From NCBI GenBank assembly GCA_045595725.1, contig JAZOAY010000007.1:595-64594 (forward strand): a DNA stretch of 64,000 nt, written 5' to 3'. Position numbers and translations under genes: made by a program. Positions 26,667 to 36,827 of this stretch are shown piece after piece; the stretch's first letter is position 1, and the number at the start of each line of letters is the position of its first letter. The notes below the pieces were generated by a model. The model made no database searches and was not told the DNA's origin. It saw only the letters and a program-made list of their open reading frames with translations. The stretch comes from Acutalibacteraceae bacterium. Its GTDB lineage: Bacteria > Bacillota > Clostridia > Oscillospirales > Acutalibacteraceae.

Positions 26667-28853
26667 ATGGATTTAAAAATTGCTCTCGCAGGTAATCCTA
26701 ACTGCGGTAAAACCACACTTTTTAACATTCTCACAGGCTCAAATCAGTATGTAGGTAACTGGCCCGGTGTTACTGTTGAACATAAAGAGGGTAAACTGAA
26801 AAAATACGATGGAGTAGTAATTACAGACCTTCCCGGTATTTATTCTCTTTCGCCCTATACTCTCGAAGAGGTTGTTGCAAGAAACTATCTTGTAGGCGAA
26901 AGGCCTGATGCAATTCTTAATCTTGTTGACGGCACAAATCTTGAAAGAAACCTTTATCTGACAACCCAGTTGATGGAACTTGGTATTCCTGTTGTTGTGG
27001 CAATAAACATGATGGATATTGTCAGAAAAAAAGGGGACAGAATTGATATTGAAAAATTGGGCCTTAAACTTGGTTGCAAAGTGGTCGAATTGTCTGCGCT
27101 TAAAGGTGATGGCGCTTTTGAAGCGGCTGAAGCGGCAATTCTTGCAGCACAGAGCAAAAAGCATGAGCCTTCTCATATTTTCTCAGGTGAAGTAGAACAC
27201 TCTCTCGCTCATATTGAAGAAGCAGCCGTACATAATCTTCCTCTCAGCCAACAGAGATGGTATGCAATTAAAATTTTTGAGCGTGACAGTAAAGTTATTG
27301 AGCAATTAAAACTTGACAAAAGTATTGTTGAGCATATTGAAAAAGATATAGTTCATGTAGAAACAGAATTTGATGATGATGCAGAGAGTATTATCACTAA
27401 CGAAAGGTATCTTTACATAGACAGAATATTGAAAGGATGCTATGACAAAAAGAGTATCGGCAGACTTTCAACATCAGATAAAATCGATAAAGTGCTTACG
27501 AACAGAATTCTTGCGCTTCCCATATTTGCACTTATTATGTTGCTTGTGTATACACTTTCAATCGGTACAATCGGGGACTGGACTGTTGTGTTCATGAATG
27601 ATGGTCTGTTCGGTTCTTTTGCGGAATGTGCAAGTGCAGGAGACCTCCCTGCATTCATGGCAAACTGGCTCAGCGTTCCCGAGCTTCTTGACAGGGTTCT
27701 TCTTGCAAAGGATGGTTCAAGTGTAATTGCACCGTGGCTTTACAGTCTTATTCAGGAAGGTATTGTAGGCGGTGTAGGTGCGGTCCTTGGATTTGTTCCT
27801 CAGATGCTGGTGCTTTTCCTTCTGCTGTCTCTTCTTGAAGACTGCGGTTATATGTCGCGTGTTGCATTTATTATGGACAGAATTTTCAGAAAATTCGGCC
27901 TTTCGGGAAAAAGCTTTATTCCCATGTTGGTAGGTTCAGGTTGTAGCGTTCCCGGCATTATGGCTTCACGAACAATCGATCAGGATCGAGACAGGAAAAT
28001 GACAATTATGACTACTGCATTTATCCCCTGCGGTGCAAAAATGCCAATAGTAGGTATGATTGCAGGTGCACTTTTCTCAGGTAGTTCACTAATTGCAACG
28101 TCAGCATACTTCCTTGGAGTGGCTGCAGTTATAATTTCAGGTCTTATTCTTAAAAAGACAAAACCCTTTGCAGGTGATGCAGCTCCCTTTGTTATGGAAC
28201 TTCCCTCATATCATATGCCCGTAGCATCAAATGTTCTCAGAACAACATGGGAAAGAGGCTGGTCTTTCATAAAACGTGCCGGTACCGTTATTCTTGCGGC
28301 AAGCGTTATTATCTGGGTGCTTAACAGTCTTTCTTTTGAGGGCGGTTTCCACTATATCACAGGTGAGGAAGATTCGATTCTTAATATTTTAGGAAGTCTC
28401 CTTGCTGTTGCATTCAAACCTCTTGGTTTCGGTAACTGGCAGGCAGCGGTTGCAACAATTCTTGGCCTTGTGGCTAAAGAAGAGGTTGTTGGTGTATTCG
28501 GTGCTCTTTCATCAATGGGTGAAAACGATTATGTAAGCATGGGTATTGAATTTTTCGGCGGCAGCAAGCTTTCGGGTTATTCATTTATGATATTCAACCT
28601 TCTTTGTGCTCCTTGTTTTGCAGCAATGGGTGCGATCAAAAGAGAAATGAACAATGGCAAATGGACAGCGGCAGCAATAGGATATATGACTTCTTTTGCC
28701 TACGTTGTTTCGCTTATTGTTTATCAGCTCGGAACATTCTGTATGACAGGTGTATTCACTTTCTGGACAGCAGTTGCAATTTTACTTGTGGCGTTTGTTC
28801 TTTACATGCTTTTCAGAAAGAATAAATACGAAACAAAATCTCTTAAAAAATAA
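26667..28853 (+). CDS. feoB: ferrous iron transport protein B (FeoB)
   Basis: N-terminal G-domain GNPNCGKTTLFN and DLPG, followed by a polytopic membrane domain. Confidence 0.93.
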   Translation: MDLKIALAGNPNCGKTTLFNILTGSNQYVGNWPGVTVEHKEGKLKKYDGVVITDLPGIYSLSPYTLEEVVARNYLVGERPDAILNLVDGTNLERNLYLTTQLMELGIPVVVAINMMDIVRKKGDRIDIEKLGLKLGCKVVELSALKGDGAFEAAEAAILAAQSKKHEPSHIFSGEVEHSLAHIEEAAVHNLPLSQQRWYAIKIFERDSKVIEQLKLDKSIVEHIEKDIVHVETEFDDDAESIITNERYLYIDRILKGCYDKKSIGRLSTSDKIDKVLTNRILALPIFALIMLLVYTLSIGTIGDWTVVFMNDGLFGSFAECASAGDLPAFMANWLSVPELLDRVLLAKDGSSVIAPWLYSLIQEGIVGGVGAVLGFVPQMLVLFLLLSLLEDCGYMSRVAFIMDRIFRKFGLSGKSFIPMLVGSGCSVPGIMASRTIDQDRDRKMTIMTTAFIPCGAKMPIVGMIAGALFSGSSLIATSAYFLGVAAVIISGLILKKTKPFAGDAAPFVMELPSYHMPVASNVLRTTWERGWSFIKRAGTVILAASVIIWVLNSLSFEGGFHYITGEEDSILNILGSLLAVAFKPLGFGNWQAAVATILGLVAKEEVVGVFGALSSMGENDYVSMGIEFFGGSKLSGYSFMIFNLLCAPCFAAMGAIKREMNNGKWTAAAIGYMTSFAYVVSLIVYQLGTFCMTGVFTFWTAVAILLVAFVLYMLFRKNKYETKSLKK

Positions 28854-28865
28854 GGAGTAAAAATC

Positions 28866-29024
28866 ATGACATGGCAGACAATTGTTGTGGCAATAATTGT
28901 TGCAGTAATTTTCTTGGCAATTGTTGTCAAAGGTATAATAAATAAGAAAAAAGGTAAAAGTTCATGTGCCTGCGGTTCATGCGGCGGATGCGCAAACAAA
29001 GACTTTTGCCACAGCGGAAAATAA
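28866..29024 (+). CDS. FeoB-associated Cys-rich membrane protein
   Basis: 52 aa: MTWQTIVVAIIVAVIFLAIVVKGIINKKKGKSSCACGSCGGCANKDFCHSGK. One TM plus a Cys cluster. It is below the ORF-track size cut-off. Confidence 0.8.
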   Translation: MTWQTIVVAIIVAVIFLAIVVKGIINKKKGKSSCACGSCGGCANKDFCHSGK

Positions 29025-29032
29025 TATCGGAT

Positions 29033-29067
29033 ACGGAAGTCGGAAACATGTCTGACTTCCGTTTTTC
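29033..29067 (+). terminator. intrinsic terminator of the feo operon
   Basis: ACGGAAGTC...GACTTCCGT followed by TTTTT. Confidence 0.8.
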
Positions 29068-29123
29068 TATTGATTTTCCTTATGAAATATGGTTTAATAT
29101 ACAGGAGAAAGGGGATTATCGGT

Positions 29124-30404
29124 ATGTTTAAAATTTTATCTGCAATTTTTGCTCTTATAACTTTACTTTTGCCATCTGCACAGATACCTGAAAGGAAATG
29201 CGACCCTGTTTACAGCGGTACATTCATTCAGTCTTGGATGAGTTCTTATTGGGACGCAGACAGATGGGCAGAAGAAGTTGAAAATATGGAAAATGCAGGT
29301 ATTGAATACCTGATTCTTCAGGACACGGCAAATATGGCTTCTGACGGAACATGGACTGTTTATTATCCGTCTGAGCTTGAACTTTTCGACACAACAGAAA
29401 GTTATTGTGACGTTATTAAATCTGCACTTGAGGCTTGTAAGGACAGTAACATCAAAGTTTTTGTGGGCCTTGCAATGTTTGATGACTGGTGGGTTGAGTC
29501 TGCCATTACTTCTGATTACATTAAGGTCTGCACAGTTATGGCTGATATGGCAGAAGAAATTTCAGAAAAATATGATGGCGTTTACGGGTTTTATTTTACT
29601 CCTGAAATCAACAACATGCCTACAATGAAACTGTCATTAGGCAATATTATAAAAGGGCTGAATATCTTAATTGAAAAAATTCCTGAGAATAAACCTCTTA
29701 TGCTCAGTCCTTATTATACTGAATATATTTCCGTTCCTATGGTTCTTGCAGCAGAGCCTATGTGGGTGAAAATGATTAACAAGGTTAATTTCCGTGACGG
29801 TGATATTATTGCGCCTCAGGATGCTGTTGGTGCTCAGTGGATACAGGAAAATGACCTTGAAAAAATATGGAAGATGTACCGCACTGCAGTTGATACAAGT
29901 GATAAGGATATAAAGCTGTGGGCAAACTGTGAGAACTTTACGTTGGCAAGAGCTAAGAGTGTTATCAGTGGAATTTTTGTTCCGCCTGCAACACTTAATG
30001 TAAATTCAGTTCCTTGTACGATTGACCGTTTTGCACGTCAGCTTGATGTGGCATCAAGGTATTGTGAAAATATTATTACTTTTTCTTATAATCACTATCA
30101 CAGTCCCTCTTATGTAAATCCTGCATTTGAAAAAACTTATCTTGATTATGTAAATAATGGTTTTGAGGTAGAAACTGAGAAGCCGTCAACACCTTCAATT
30201 CTTATGAATGAAAATAATGTTCTTTCATGGGAAAAAGCAGAAGACAATATTGGTATTTCTCATTATGTGATATACAGAGACAATAAGGCTGTTGCATTTA
30301 TTGAAGAAACAGCAACACATGAATATGTGATTGCTGATGACGGAGAATATTCAATTGAAGCAGTTGATGCTGCAGGAAATGTTTCAGAAAGAGGTTACTT
30401 TTGA
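29124..30404 (+). CDS. secreted DUF4434-like glycosidase-fold protein with a C-terminal Fn3-like domain
   Basis: Signal peptide MFKILSAIFALITLLLPSAQ. GTFIQSWM...W..E...M...GIEYLILQDT pattern. Confidence 0.55.
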   Translation: MFKILSAIFALITLLLPSAQIPERKCDPVYSGTFIQSWMSSYWDADRWAEEVENMENAGIEYLILQDTANMASDGTWTVYYPSELELFDTTESYCDVIKSALEACKDSNIKVFVGLAMFDDWWVESAITSDYIKVCTVMADMAEEISEKYDGVYGFYFTPEINNMPTMKLSLGNIIKGLNILIEKIPENKPLMLSPYYTEYISVPMVLAAEPMWVKMINKVNFRDGDIIAPQDAVGAQWIQENDLEKIWKMYRTAVDTSDKDIKLWANCENFTLARAKSVISGIFVPPATLNVNSVPCTIDRFARQLDVASRYCENIITFSYNHYHSPSYVNPAFEKTYLDYVNNGFEVETEKPSTPSILMNENNVLSWEKAEDNIGISHYVIYRDNKAVAFIEETATHEYVIADDGEYSIEAVDAAGNVSERGYF

Positions 30405-30970
30405 TGAAAGAAAATTTTAAAAAAGCGCTGAAATTATTTTTAGTGTTCTTTAAAATAGGTGCATTCACTTTCGGCGGAGGGTATGCAATGGTACCTATAA
30501 TTCAGTCTGAAGTTGCAGAAAAAAGAGGTTGGATAAAAAACGAGGATATCCTTGATATTCTTGCAATTTCAGAGTCTACACCGGGACCTATTGCAATTAA
30601 CTCAGCAACATTTGTAGGTTATCAGGTTGCAGGGGTCTTCGGCTCGGTTATGGCAACTCTTGGCGTTGTTCTGCCTTCGCTTATAATAATTTCAATTGTG
30701 TCATATTTCTTCAAACAATTTCTAGAGTTCAAGGTTGTGAAATATGCTTTCCTGGGAATTCGTGCAGGCGTTCTTGCTCTTATTGTCAAGGCTGCAAAAA
30801 ATATGATGAAGGCTTGTCCGAAAAATGCAATTGCATACACAATTGTCGGTCTTGCATTCATCCTTACAGCAGTTTTTGATATCAATGTTTTTGCTGTTAT
30901 TATCGGAAGTGCGGTTTCGGGACTGGTTTATTCACTTCTTACAAATAAAAGAAAGGGGGAAGGAAAATGA
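30401..30970 (+). CDS. chrA: chromate transporter family protein (half-size, N-type)
   Basis: FKIGAFTFGGGYAMVPIIQ motif. ATGA start/stop overlap with the upstream gene. Confidence 0.85.
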   Translation: MMKENFKKALKLFLVFFKIGAFTFGGGYAMVPIIQSEVAEKRGWIKNEDILDILAISESTPGPIAINSATFVGYQVAGVFGSVMATLGVVLPSLIIISIVSYFFKQFLEFKVVKYAFLGIRAGVLALIVKAAKNMMKACPKNAIAYTIVGLAFILTAVFDINVFAVIIGSAVSGLVYSLLTNKRKGEGK

Positions 30971-31572
30971 TTTTTCTTGAACTTTTTCTCACTTTCTTCA
31001 AAATAGGTGCGTTCACTTTCGGCGGAGGTTATGCGATGCTTCCGCTAATTCAGTCGGAAGCACTTTCAAACGGCTGGCTTACAATGGAAGAACTTATTGA
31101 TTTTATTGCAGTCAGCGAATCAACACCCGGCCCGTTTGCAATAAACATGGCAACTTTCGTTGGTACTCAGATGGGCAAAGAATTTTTCGGTATCGGTGGA
31201 GGCATTTTAGGTGCAGTGTGTGCCACGCTCGGTGTTGTAATGCCCTCATTTATTGTTATTCTTTTTGTTGCAAAGTTCTATCAGAAATTCAAGGAAAATA
31301 AAATTGTAGCAGGATGTCTCGGCGGACTTAAGCCTGCGGCAATAGGCCTTATCTGTGCAGCGGTTATTTCAATCGGGAAAACAGTTTTCTTCCCCGAAGC
31401 TGTTGCACTTTCAGTAATTGCAAGTTATACATTCATTTTTTCAATACTTCTTTTTGCAGTAATGTTATTCCTTGCACTTAAGAAAAAAATGAATCCCATT
31501 CTTGTTATCGTCATTTCTGCAGTTGCGGGAATAGGCGCAGGATATCTGGGAGAATATTTGGGTTGGTTATAA
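30967..31572 (+). CDS. chrA: chromate transporter family protein (half-size, C-type)
   Basis: FKIGAFTFGGGYAMLPLIQ motif. 4-nt overlap with the first half-size gene. Confidence 0.85.
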   Translation: MIFLELFLTFFKIGAFTFGGGYAMLPLIQSEALSNGWLTMEELIDFIAVSESTPGPFAINMATFVGTQMGKEFFGIGGGILGAVCATLGVVMPSFIVILFVAKFYQKFKENKIVAGCLGGLKPAAIGLICAAVISIGKTVFFPEAVALSVIASYTFIFSILLFAVMLFLALKKKMNPILVIVISAVAGIGAGYLGEYLGWL

Positions 31573-31599
31573 ATTTATTTATAGTGAGGAGAAACAATT

Positions 31600-32298
31600 A
31601 TGATATTTTGGATAGTTTTCAGTTTGTGTATAGCAGTTACTGCATTTTTTACAATCAAAAGAACAGTAAATGTAAAATACTCTGATCTTGCTGTTAAAGT
31701 TGCTACAAGCTCACTTTTTGTTGCTACAGGCATTGCTGCAATAATCAGTAATCCACATGTTAATCTTACTTTTGCTCTTATGGTTGTTATGGGCGGAGTT
31801 TTCGGTGTTCTCGGAGATGTTTTTATTGAACTGAAATGGCTTCAGAAAGAGGGCAATGATACATTTTTTAACTTAGGATTTGTTACCTTTATGATTCAGC
31901 ACGTTATACTTGTTTCGGCTGTTTTTATCCATTATCCGATGACACTTGTTAATGCACTTATTTGTTTCACAGCTCCTTTGGCGGTTCTTGTTCTTTCAGG
32001 AGGTCTTGCCAAGATTTTTAAAATGGAGATGGGTAAATTTAAGGTTATTGCAAATGCTTACGGCGCACTTGCATCAATGACTTTTTCTGTGGGTTTCATG
32101 ACCATGAATAATTATGGTATGGAGTTGTCACAGATTCTTTTCTTTGTCGGTGGTGTATTATTTTTCGTTTCAGACCTTATTCTCAGTCAGATTTTCTTTG
32201 TAAAGGGAAAATGTACGAGATTGAGGGTTGTACTTAATCATATTACATACTACGGTGCACAGATTCTGATTGCATCATCGCTTTTCTTTATGAAATAA
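31600..32298 (+). CDS. YhhN/lysoplasmalogenase-family membrane protein
   Basis: About 8 TM with the paired GD/SD motifs FGVLGDVFIE and FFVSDLILS. Confidence 0.6.
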   Translation: MIFWIVFSLCIAVTAFFTIKRTVNVKYSDLAVKVATSSLFVATGIAAIISNPHVNLTFALMVVMGGVFGVLGDVFIELKWLQKEGNDTFFNLGFVTFMIQHVILVSAVFIHYPMTLVNALICFTAPLAVLVLSGGLAKIFKMEMGKFKVIANAYGALASMTFSVGFMTMNNYGMELSQILFFVGGVLFFVSDLILSQIFFVKGKCTRLRVVLNHITYYGAQILIASSLFFMK

Positions 32299-32309
32299 AA
32301 ATTTAAAAC

Positions 32310-32355
32310 GAAAAGACCGCTGACAGTTTTTGTGCCGTCAGCGGTCTGAGTTTTA
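32310..32355. terminator. bidirectional terminator between convergent genes
   Basis: AGACCGCTGAC...GTCAGCGGTCT flanked by A-rich and T-rich runs. Confidence 0.75.
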
Positions 32356-32362
32356 TTAGATT

Positions 32363-33613
32363 TTATTTAAGATGTTCTGCTACATCACGGTCGAAGTGAC
32401 CTGTGTCTACGTAAGAGTTCTGAGTCTGTATTTTTTCTCCCCATTTACGTGCGATTTCTTCATAGGAATCTGTCTTGATTTTTGCTCTTTCAAAGCCGTC
32501 CTGAGCACCTTTCAGACACCAGTCTGATTCCCACATTCCGTGGTTTGCAGCTTTGTATGTCCAGAGGAACCAGCTGTAATCGTACTTTTTGAGAGACCTG
32601 AAGCAGCCTTCCCATGTTGTTTCCTGATGAGGATAAAATTCGCCCATCATGAGAGGAACTGTTGGGTGTAAAAATCTTGTGAGAAGAAGGAAAAATGCAA
32701 AGATGAAGTCAGAGTTATTATAGAAATGAACCTGATAAACTACATTCTCCCATCCTCTTGCCCATGCCCACGGAAGAGCAAAGCCTGTCCAAATTGCTTC
32801 CATTGTAATGAGGTGGTCTGCGTCAACTGCACGGACTGTATCGTAAAGACGAAGATAAATTGATTCGTTATTTATTCTTCTTGTAAGCTCACCACATTCA
32901 ACATCACACATCGGCTCGTTGAGAAGGTCATACATTGCAACTGCAGGATTGCCTTTGAAGCGGGTCGCAATTTCTGTCCATAGTTCATCTGTAAGCTGGC
33001 GGTAGAATTCACCTTCTTCAGTTTTATCATAAAGACCGCAGCTGTGACCTTTGCCGCTGTGGGGAGCATCACTCTGGAAACCGGGAGCACCGTGCATGTC
33101 AAGAACAACATAAATTCTTCTTTCTGAACATTCGTCTACTACCCATTCAAGTTTTGACAAATCCCAATTGCCGTTTTCATCAAGAATTTTTGTACCTTTA
33201 TCGTCAGAATAAAAGTTTCTGTACCAGAATGGCACACGTACTGCGTTGAAGCCCATTTCCTTTATAACATCAAGGTCATATTCTGTAATGAAATTATCTT
33301 CATAAGTGTTCATCAGTTCATAGGCTTTTTCTACACCGAAACGGTCGATAAGAGTTTCGAGCATCTCATGATGGTCTGCAACTTCTTCATAGGGGCAGAG
33401 CCAGTCTTCCTGAATAAGCCATCCGCCGAGATTTACGCCTTTGAGAATGACTTTTTCACCGTTCTGATTAACAATGTCTGTGCCGTCAATGGTGAGAAAA
33501 TCTTCTTCTGTAAAACTGTCTGTTGTTTCTGTAGGTTTTTCAGATGCAAGTGCAACTGTTCCTATCTGCAGAACAAAAACTAAACATAAAATAATTGATA
33601 AGAATTTTTTCAT
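32363..33613 (-). CDS. secreted glycoside hydrolase family 5 protein
   Basis: Signal peptide. GVNLGGWL, NAVRVPF, DMHGAPG and LLNEP (acid/base Glu) motifs. Confidence 0.85.
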   Translation of the reverse strand: MKKFLSIILCLVFVLQIGTVALASEKPTETTDSFTEEDFLTIDGTDIVNQNGEKVILKGVNLGGWLIQEDWLCPYEEVADHHEMLETLIDRFGVEKAYELMNTYEDNFITEYDLDVIKEMGFNAVRVPFWYRNFYSDDKGTKILDENGNWDLSKLEWVVDECSERRIYVVLDMHGAPGFQSDAPHSGKGHSCGLYDKTEEGEFYRQLTDELWTEIATRFKGNPAVAMYDLLNEPMCDVECGELTRRINNESIYLRLYDTVRAVDADHLITMEAIWTGFALPWAWARGWENVVYQVHFYNNSDFIFAFFLLLTRFLHPTVPLMMGEFYPHQETTWEGCFRSLKKYDYSWFLWTYKAANHGMWESDWCLKGAQDGFERAKIKTDSYEEIARKWGEKIQTQNSYVDTGHFDRDVAEHLK

Positions 33614-33676
33614 TTTTATTACCTCCTTGTACTTTAATGATAATGTTTTTTGTCATCAAAGTCAAGGAGTTTTTTA

Positions 33677-34357
33677 TCAGTCAAATATGTAAGCGAGAAC
33701 TTCTTGAGAAAGGTCGGATGAATATGCTCTTATGGGACCGTGCTGATATTTTCCGTCTTTGAAGAAGAAAATTGTGTTGTCCAATCCGTGGGAATTTTTG
33801 TCAAGAACAATAAGCAGTCTTTCAAAGTTATATTCATTCAGAGTGTGACCCCTGAAACCACTCAGAACCTGCATGTCATTATAATAAATTTCAATGCAGA
33901 GGTTTTCATTTTTTATTTCTTCTATATAACCTTCCTCAATAGCAAGCTTTAAAATACCCCATTTGTCATTCTTGGTGGATTTGTTGATTATTTTTATCAC
34001 CTCATCACACATCACATTGTCCTTGGCGATGGTCTGTGGCTTTCCGTTGTGGTAAAAAATTATCTGCTCAGGCTTATAAAGGAAGTTTATTGAACCATCA
34101 GGGTGACAGGTTGTTGATACTCTTGTGGGATCGGAAACAGGGTCAGTCGGCACATCTGTTTTTTCCGTTTCCGGAATAACACATGGAGGTTCGGTTGTTG
34201 CTTCTTTTTCTGTTTTCTTTTCTGCGGTGGGTTCTTGTGCAGTTGTTTTGTTCTGAACAGTAGGCTTGTCAATCCGGCTTTCGTTTCTGTTACACGCAGA
34301 AAATAAAACTGTACTCATGAGTAATGCAAAAGCTATCATTAGGATTTTTTTATTCAT
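33677..34357 (-). CDS. lipoprotein, function unknown
   Basis: AGGAGG RBS. MNKKILMIAFALLMSTVLFSAC lipobox and a T/E/P-rich linker. Confidence 0.65.
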   Translation of the reverse strand: MNKKILMIAFALLMSTVLFSACNRNESRIDKPTVQNKTTAQEPTAEKKTEKEATTEPPCVIPETEKTDVPTDPVSDPTRVSTTCHPDGSINFLYKPEQIIFYHNGKPQTIAKDNVMCDEVIKIINKSTKNDKWGILKLAIEEGYIEEIKNENLCIEIYYNDMQVLSGFRGHTLNEYNFERLLIVLDKNSHGLDNTIFFFKDGKYQHGPIRAYSSDLSQEVLAYIFD

Positions 34358-34370
34358 AAAAATACCTCCT

Positions 34371-35204
34371 TTAACAGATAGTTTTTGCAATTCTCACCGC
34401 CTCTTCATAGTCAGAATGAAAAACTATTCTGTAGTTTAAATTATTTTTTCTGTATGTAATTTCAGATGAATTGTTTTTGCTTTCAACTGAAACTGACAGA
34501 CCGTTTACATTGATAACATTATTTTCTTTTATGCTTTCTGAAGATTTTTCTATTGTAATATTATAGATTTTTTCTTTTGAGCTGATTTCAATTTCTGCTA
34601 TGCTTTTTGCAGAGCTTCTGTTAAGTATTTTCCCGTTTTCAAAAACAATTACAGGTAAAAGTAAATTGTCAAATCCGTTTTCAGCAAGAAACTTTCTTAT
34701 GCTGTTTTCAATATTTTCTTCCGGAGAAAGAGTGTGACTGCCTTTTAATTCTTCGGAAATTTTTGTTGTTTCGTTTCCCTTTGTTGAAGGTGCGGGTTTT
34801 GTTTCTGTGGGAATGCTGTCAGTTTTGTCAGGCATTGTTGTTGAGGGAGATGTGGTAGTTTTGATGATGTGGACGGTAGGTGCTGTTATGTTATCGGTAG
34901 GTTTCATTTCGGGCTTGCTGCTTGTGAGACCGGGGAATACAGCAGTCATTGCAAAAACAAGCACTGCGGCTGTTGCGATAAGCAATGCCACATTTGAAAA
35001 AGATCTTTTTTTCGGCTTAGAGTTTTTATTTTCATGTTTTTCGCTGAGTGCATCGAGACAGAGCTCGATTAACTCGGTGTCCATATCCTCTTCCGATTTT
35101 GCCAGTTCAGTTTCCATAATTTTCTCAATTTCTTCTTTTGAAAAACTGAAACTGTTATCTTTGAGAAGTTCCGCTATATGAGAACTTTTTATCACAGTAA
35201 TCAT
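34371..35204 (-). CDS. single-pass membrane protein, candidate anti-sigma factor
   Basis: It lies directly downstream of the sigma factor gene. Acidic N-terminal cytoplasmic segment, TM VALLIATAAVLVFAMTAVF and an extracytoplasmic domain. Confidence 0.5.
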   Translation of the reverse strand: MITVIKSSHIAELLKDNSFSFSKEEIEKIMETELAKSEEDMDTELIELCLDALSEKHENKNSKPKKRSFSNVALLIATAAVLVFAMTAVFPGLTSSKPEMKPTDNITAPTVHIIKTTTSPSTTMPDKTDSIPTETKPAPSTKGNETTKISEELKGSHTLSPEENIENSIRKFLAENGFDNLLLPVIVFENGKILNRSSAKSIAEIEISSKEKIYNITIEKSSESIKENNVINVNGLSVSVESKNNSSEITYRKNNLNYRIVFHSDYEEAVRIAKTIC

Positions 35205-35238
35205 CCTTCATTTATATAGTCTGAATTTTTTTAAAATG

Positions 35239-35748
35239 TTACGAAGTAAATTTTTTAATTTCTTTTATAATTTTATGCTTTAATCTGAAAACCTGTTGTC
35301 TTAGAGCGTTTTCGGAAATATTCAGTTCACTTGCAATGTCTTTCTGTTTTATTTTTTTAATATAAAAATCTTCAATAAGCTTTCTTTCACTGTCTGTCAG
35401 CGAGGTGAGAATCTTGTTTGCATATTTATCAATTTCTTCATCTGAAACGGGAAGTTCAAATTCAACTGTTGCGGTAACGCTGTTTTCCTCAAAGGGGACA
35501 ATGTTTGCTTTGCTTTTTTCCTCTGTCTTGTATATGTCATTAATTTTATTGAGAGCAATTTTTGTCAGATAAGCTTTTGGATAATCAATCTTTTTTGAAT
35601 CCATCAATGCCCTGAGCAGTGCGAGAAAAACCTCCTGCATGCAGTCGTCGATCAAGTCAGGTGTACTTTTCAGTTTATATTCGCAGAATTTTCTTATGTA
35701 TGACTGGTGTTCTAACCAGATTTTTTCAGCTTGTTTTATAGGTTCCAA
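35239..35748 (-). CDS. sigma-70 family (ECF-type) RNA polymerase sigma factor
   Basis: Region 2-like DLIDDCMQEVFLALL and region 4 HTH KQKDIASELNISENALRQQVFRLKHKI. Confidence 0.8.
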   Translation of the reverse strand: MEPIKQAEKIWLEHQSYIRKFCEYKLKSTPDLIDDCMQEVFLALLRALMDSKKIDYPKAYLTKIALNKINDIYKTEEKSKANIVPFEENSVTATVEFELPVSDEEIDKYANKILTSLTDSERKLIEDFYIKKIKQKDIASELNISENALRQQVFRLKHKIIKEIKKFTS

Positions 35749-35892
35749 AAGTTTTCACCTCTCTGACAAAAAAGCTAAGATTATTTTAATAATAACTGTT
35801 TTTCTGAAAAAGTCAACTGCAATCGTCAAAATTTATGTCAATACCAGTATTTCAGTAAAGTCCCGAAAATGTCTCTTTACCCACCTTCATGT

Positions 35893-35921
35893 TTGAAAAA
35901 CAGAAAAATCTCGTCTACACT
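35893..35921 (+). promoter_or_regulatory. candidate promoter (TTGAAA, 17 nt spacer, TACACT)
   Basis: Found by eye: TTGAAA at 35893-35898 and TACACT at 35916-35921. Confidence 0.4.
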
Positions 35922-35933
35922 AAAAAACGTAAA

Positions 35934-35947
35934 CGAACATTTGTTCG
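35934..35947. promoter_or_regulatory. near-consensus Firmicutes LexA (Cheo) box
   Basis: CGAACATTTGTTCG, against the B. subtilis consensus CGAACATATGTTCG. It lies about 12 nt downstream of the candidate -10 element and 31 nt before the TTG start at 35978. Confidence 0.6.
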
Positions 35948-35977
35948 GTTACAAAAACGGAAAGGAGAAATAAAAAT

Positions 35978-36598
35978 TTGACAAAAAAACCTGTAAGTTT
36001 ATCACATTTTTCTTCAGAGGAGTTACTGACTGCTGCAGGACAGTTTAACACTCTTTATGACAAAGAGATTGAAACACCGGCTGAGTACATTCACCGTAAA
36101 CGTGAACGTGATATGAGAAAGGTTATCGCCTTTGTGATGGAAAATGAACTTGACAAAACAAAACATGAAATTTTCACAAAAGTATTTTTTGGCGGTGAAA
36201 AAATTTCCGATATCGCAGAAAAGATGGGCATTACTCCCTCAGGTGTTTATAAGCACTATGAAAATGCATTCAGAATTATCGGAGAAAGCCTTAAATACGT
36301 AAATTTTTATCAGAACGTCAGTAAGCATGACAGAATGAAAACGCTGGAAAGCATGAAAAACAATGCACTTTCTGCTTTTAAAGAATTGTCTTATCCCGCT
36401 GTTACCATGCGTCTTTCGAGACTTATGGAAAGGGAGAATATAAGAACGGAAATGCTTTGCCGTTCGTTGGGTTTTGATAAAAAACATTTGGAAGAAATTT
36501 TTTGCGGAAAAATTCATCCGTGTACAGATGAAATTGTTTTGCTTGCAGGTTTTTTCGGAGTTTCTACAGATTACATTTTAAAGGGGGATTTGTCTTGA
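35978..36598 (+). CDS. dual-HTH regulator (sigma-70 region-4-like HTH plus C-terminal XRE-like HTH)
   Basis: FFGGEKISDIAEKMGITPSGVYKHYENAFRII, then LCRSLGFDKKHLEEIFCGKIHP...LLAGFFGVSTDYILKG. TTG start after AAAGGAG. Confidence 0.6.
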   Translation: MTKKPVSLSHFSSEELLTAAGQFNTLYDKEIETPAEYIHRKRERDMRKVIAFVMENELDKTKHEIFTKVFFGGEKISDIAEKMGITPSGVYKHYENAFRIIGESLKYVNFYQNVSKHDRMKTLESMKNNALSAFKELSYPAVTMRLSRLMERENIRTEMLCRSLGFDKKHLEEIFCGKIHPCTDEIVLLAGFFGVSTDYILKGDLS

Positions 36599-36810
36599 TA
36601 AAAACACTTAAAGAACTCGGCGAGGAATATGTTGAAGAAATTGAACTGCTTGATGAAAAAATCGAAAGATACCGTAACAGACTGAAAAAGGCTTTTGAAG
36701 AATGTAACAGTGATGAGATTTTTACAGTTCAAAGACTTTTGCGTGTTTTTTACGGACAAAGATGTGAAATGATGGAAACTGCACGTAAACTTCTTTATTA
36801 TTACTCCTGA
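36595..36810 (+). CDS. small helical protein, translationally coupled to the regulator
   Basis: TTG start overlaps the upstream stop. AAGGGGGA RBS. 71 aa, coiled-coil-like. Confidence 0.5.
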   Translation: MIKTLKELGEEYVEEIELLDEKIERYRNRLKKAFEECNSDEIFTVQRLLRVFYGQRCEMMETARKLLYYYS

Positions 36811-36827
36811 GGCGGAAAGGAAAAATA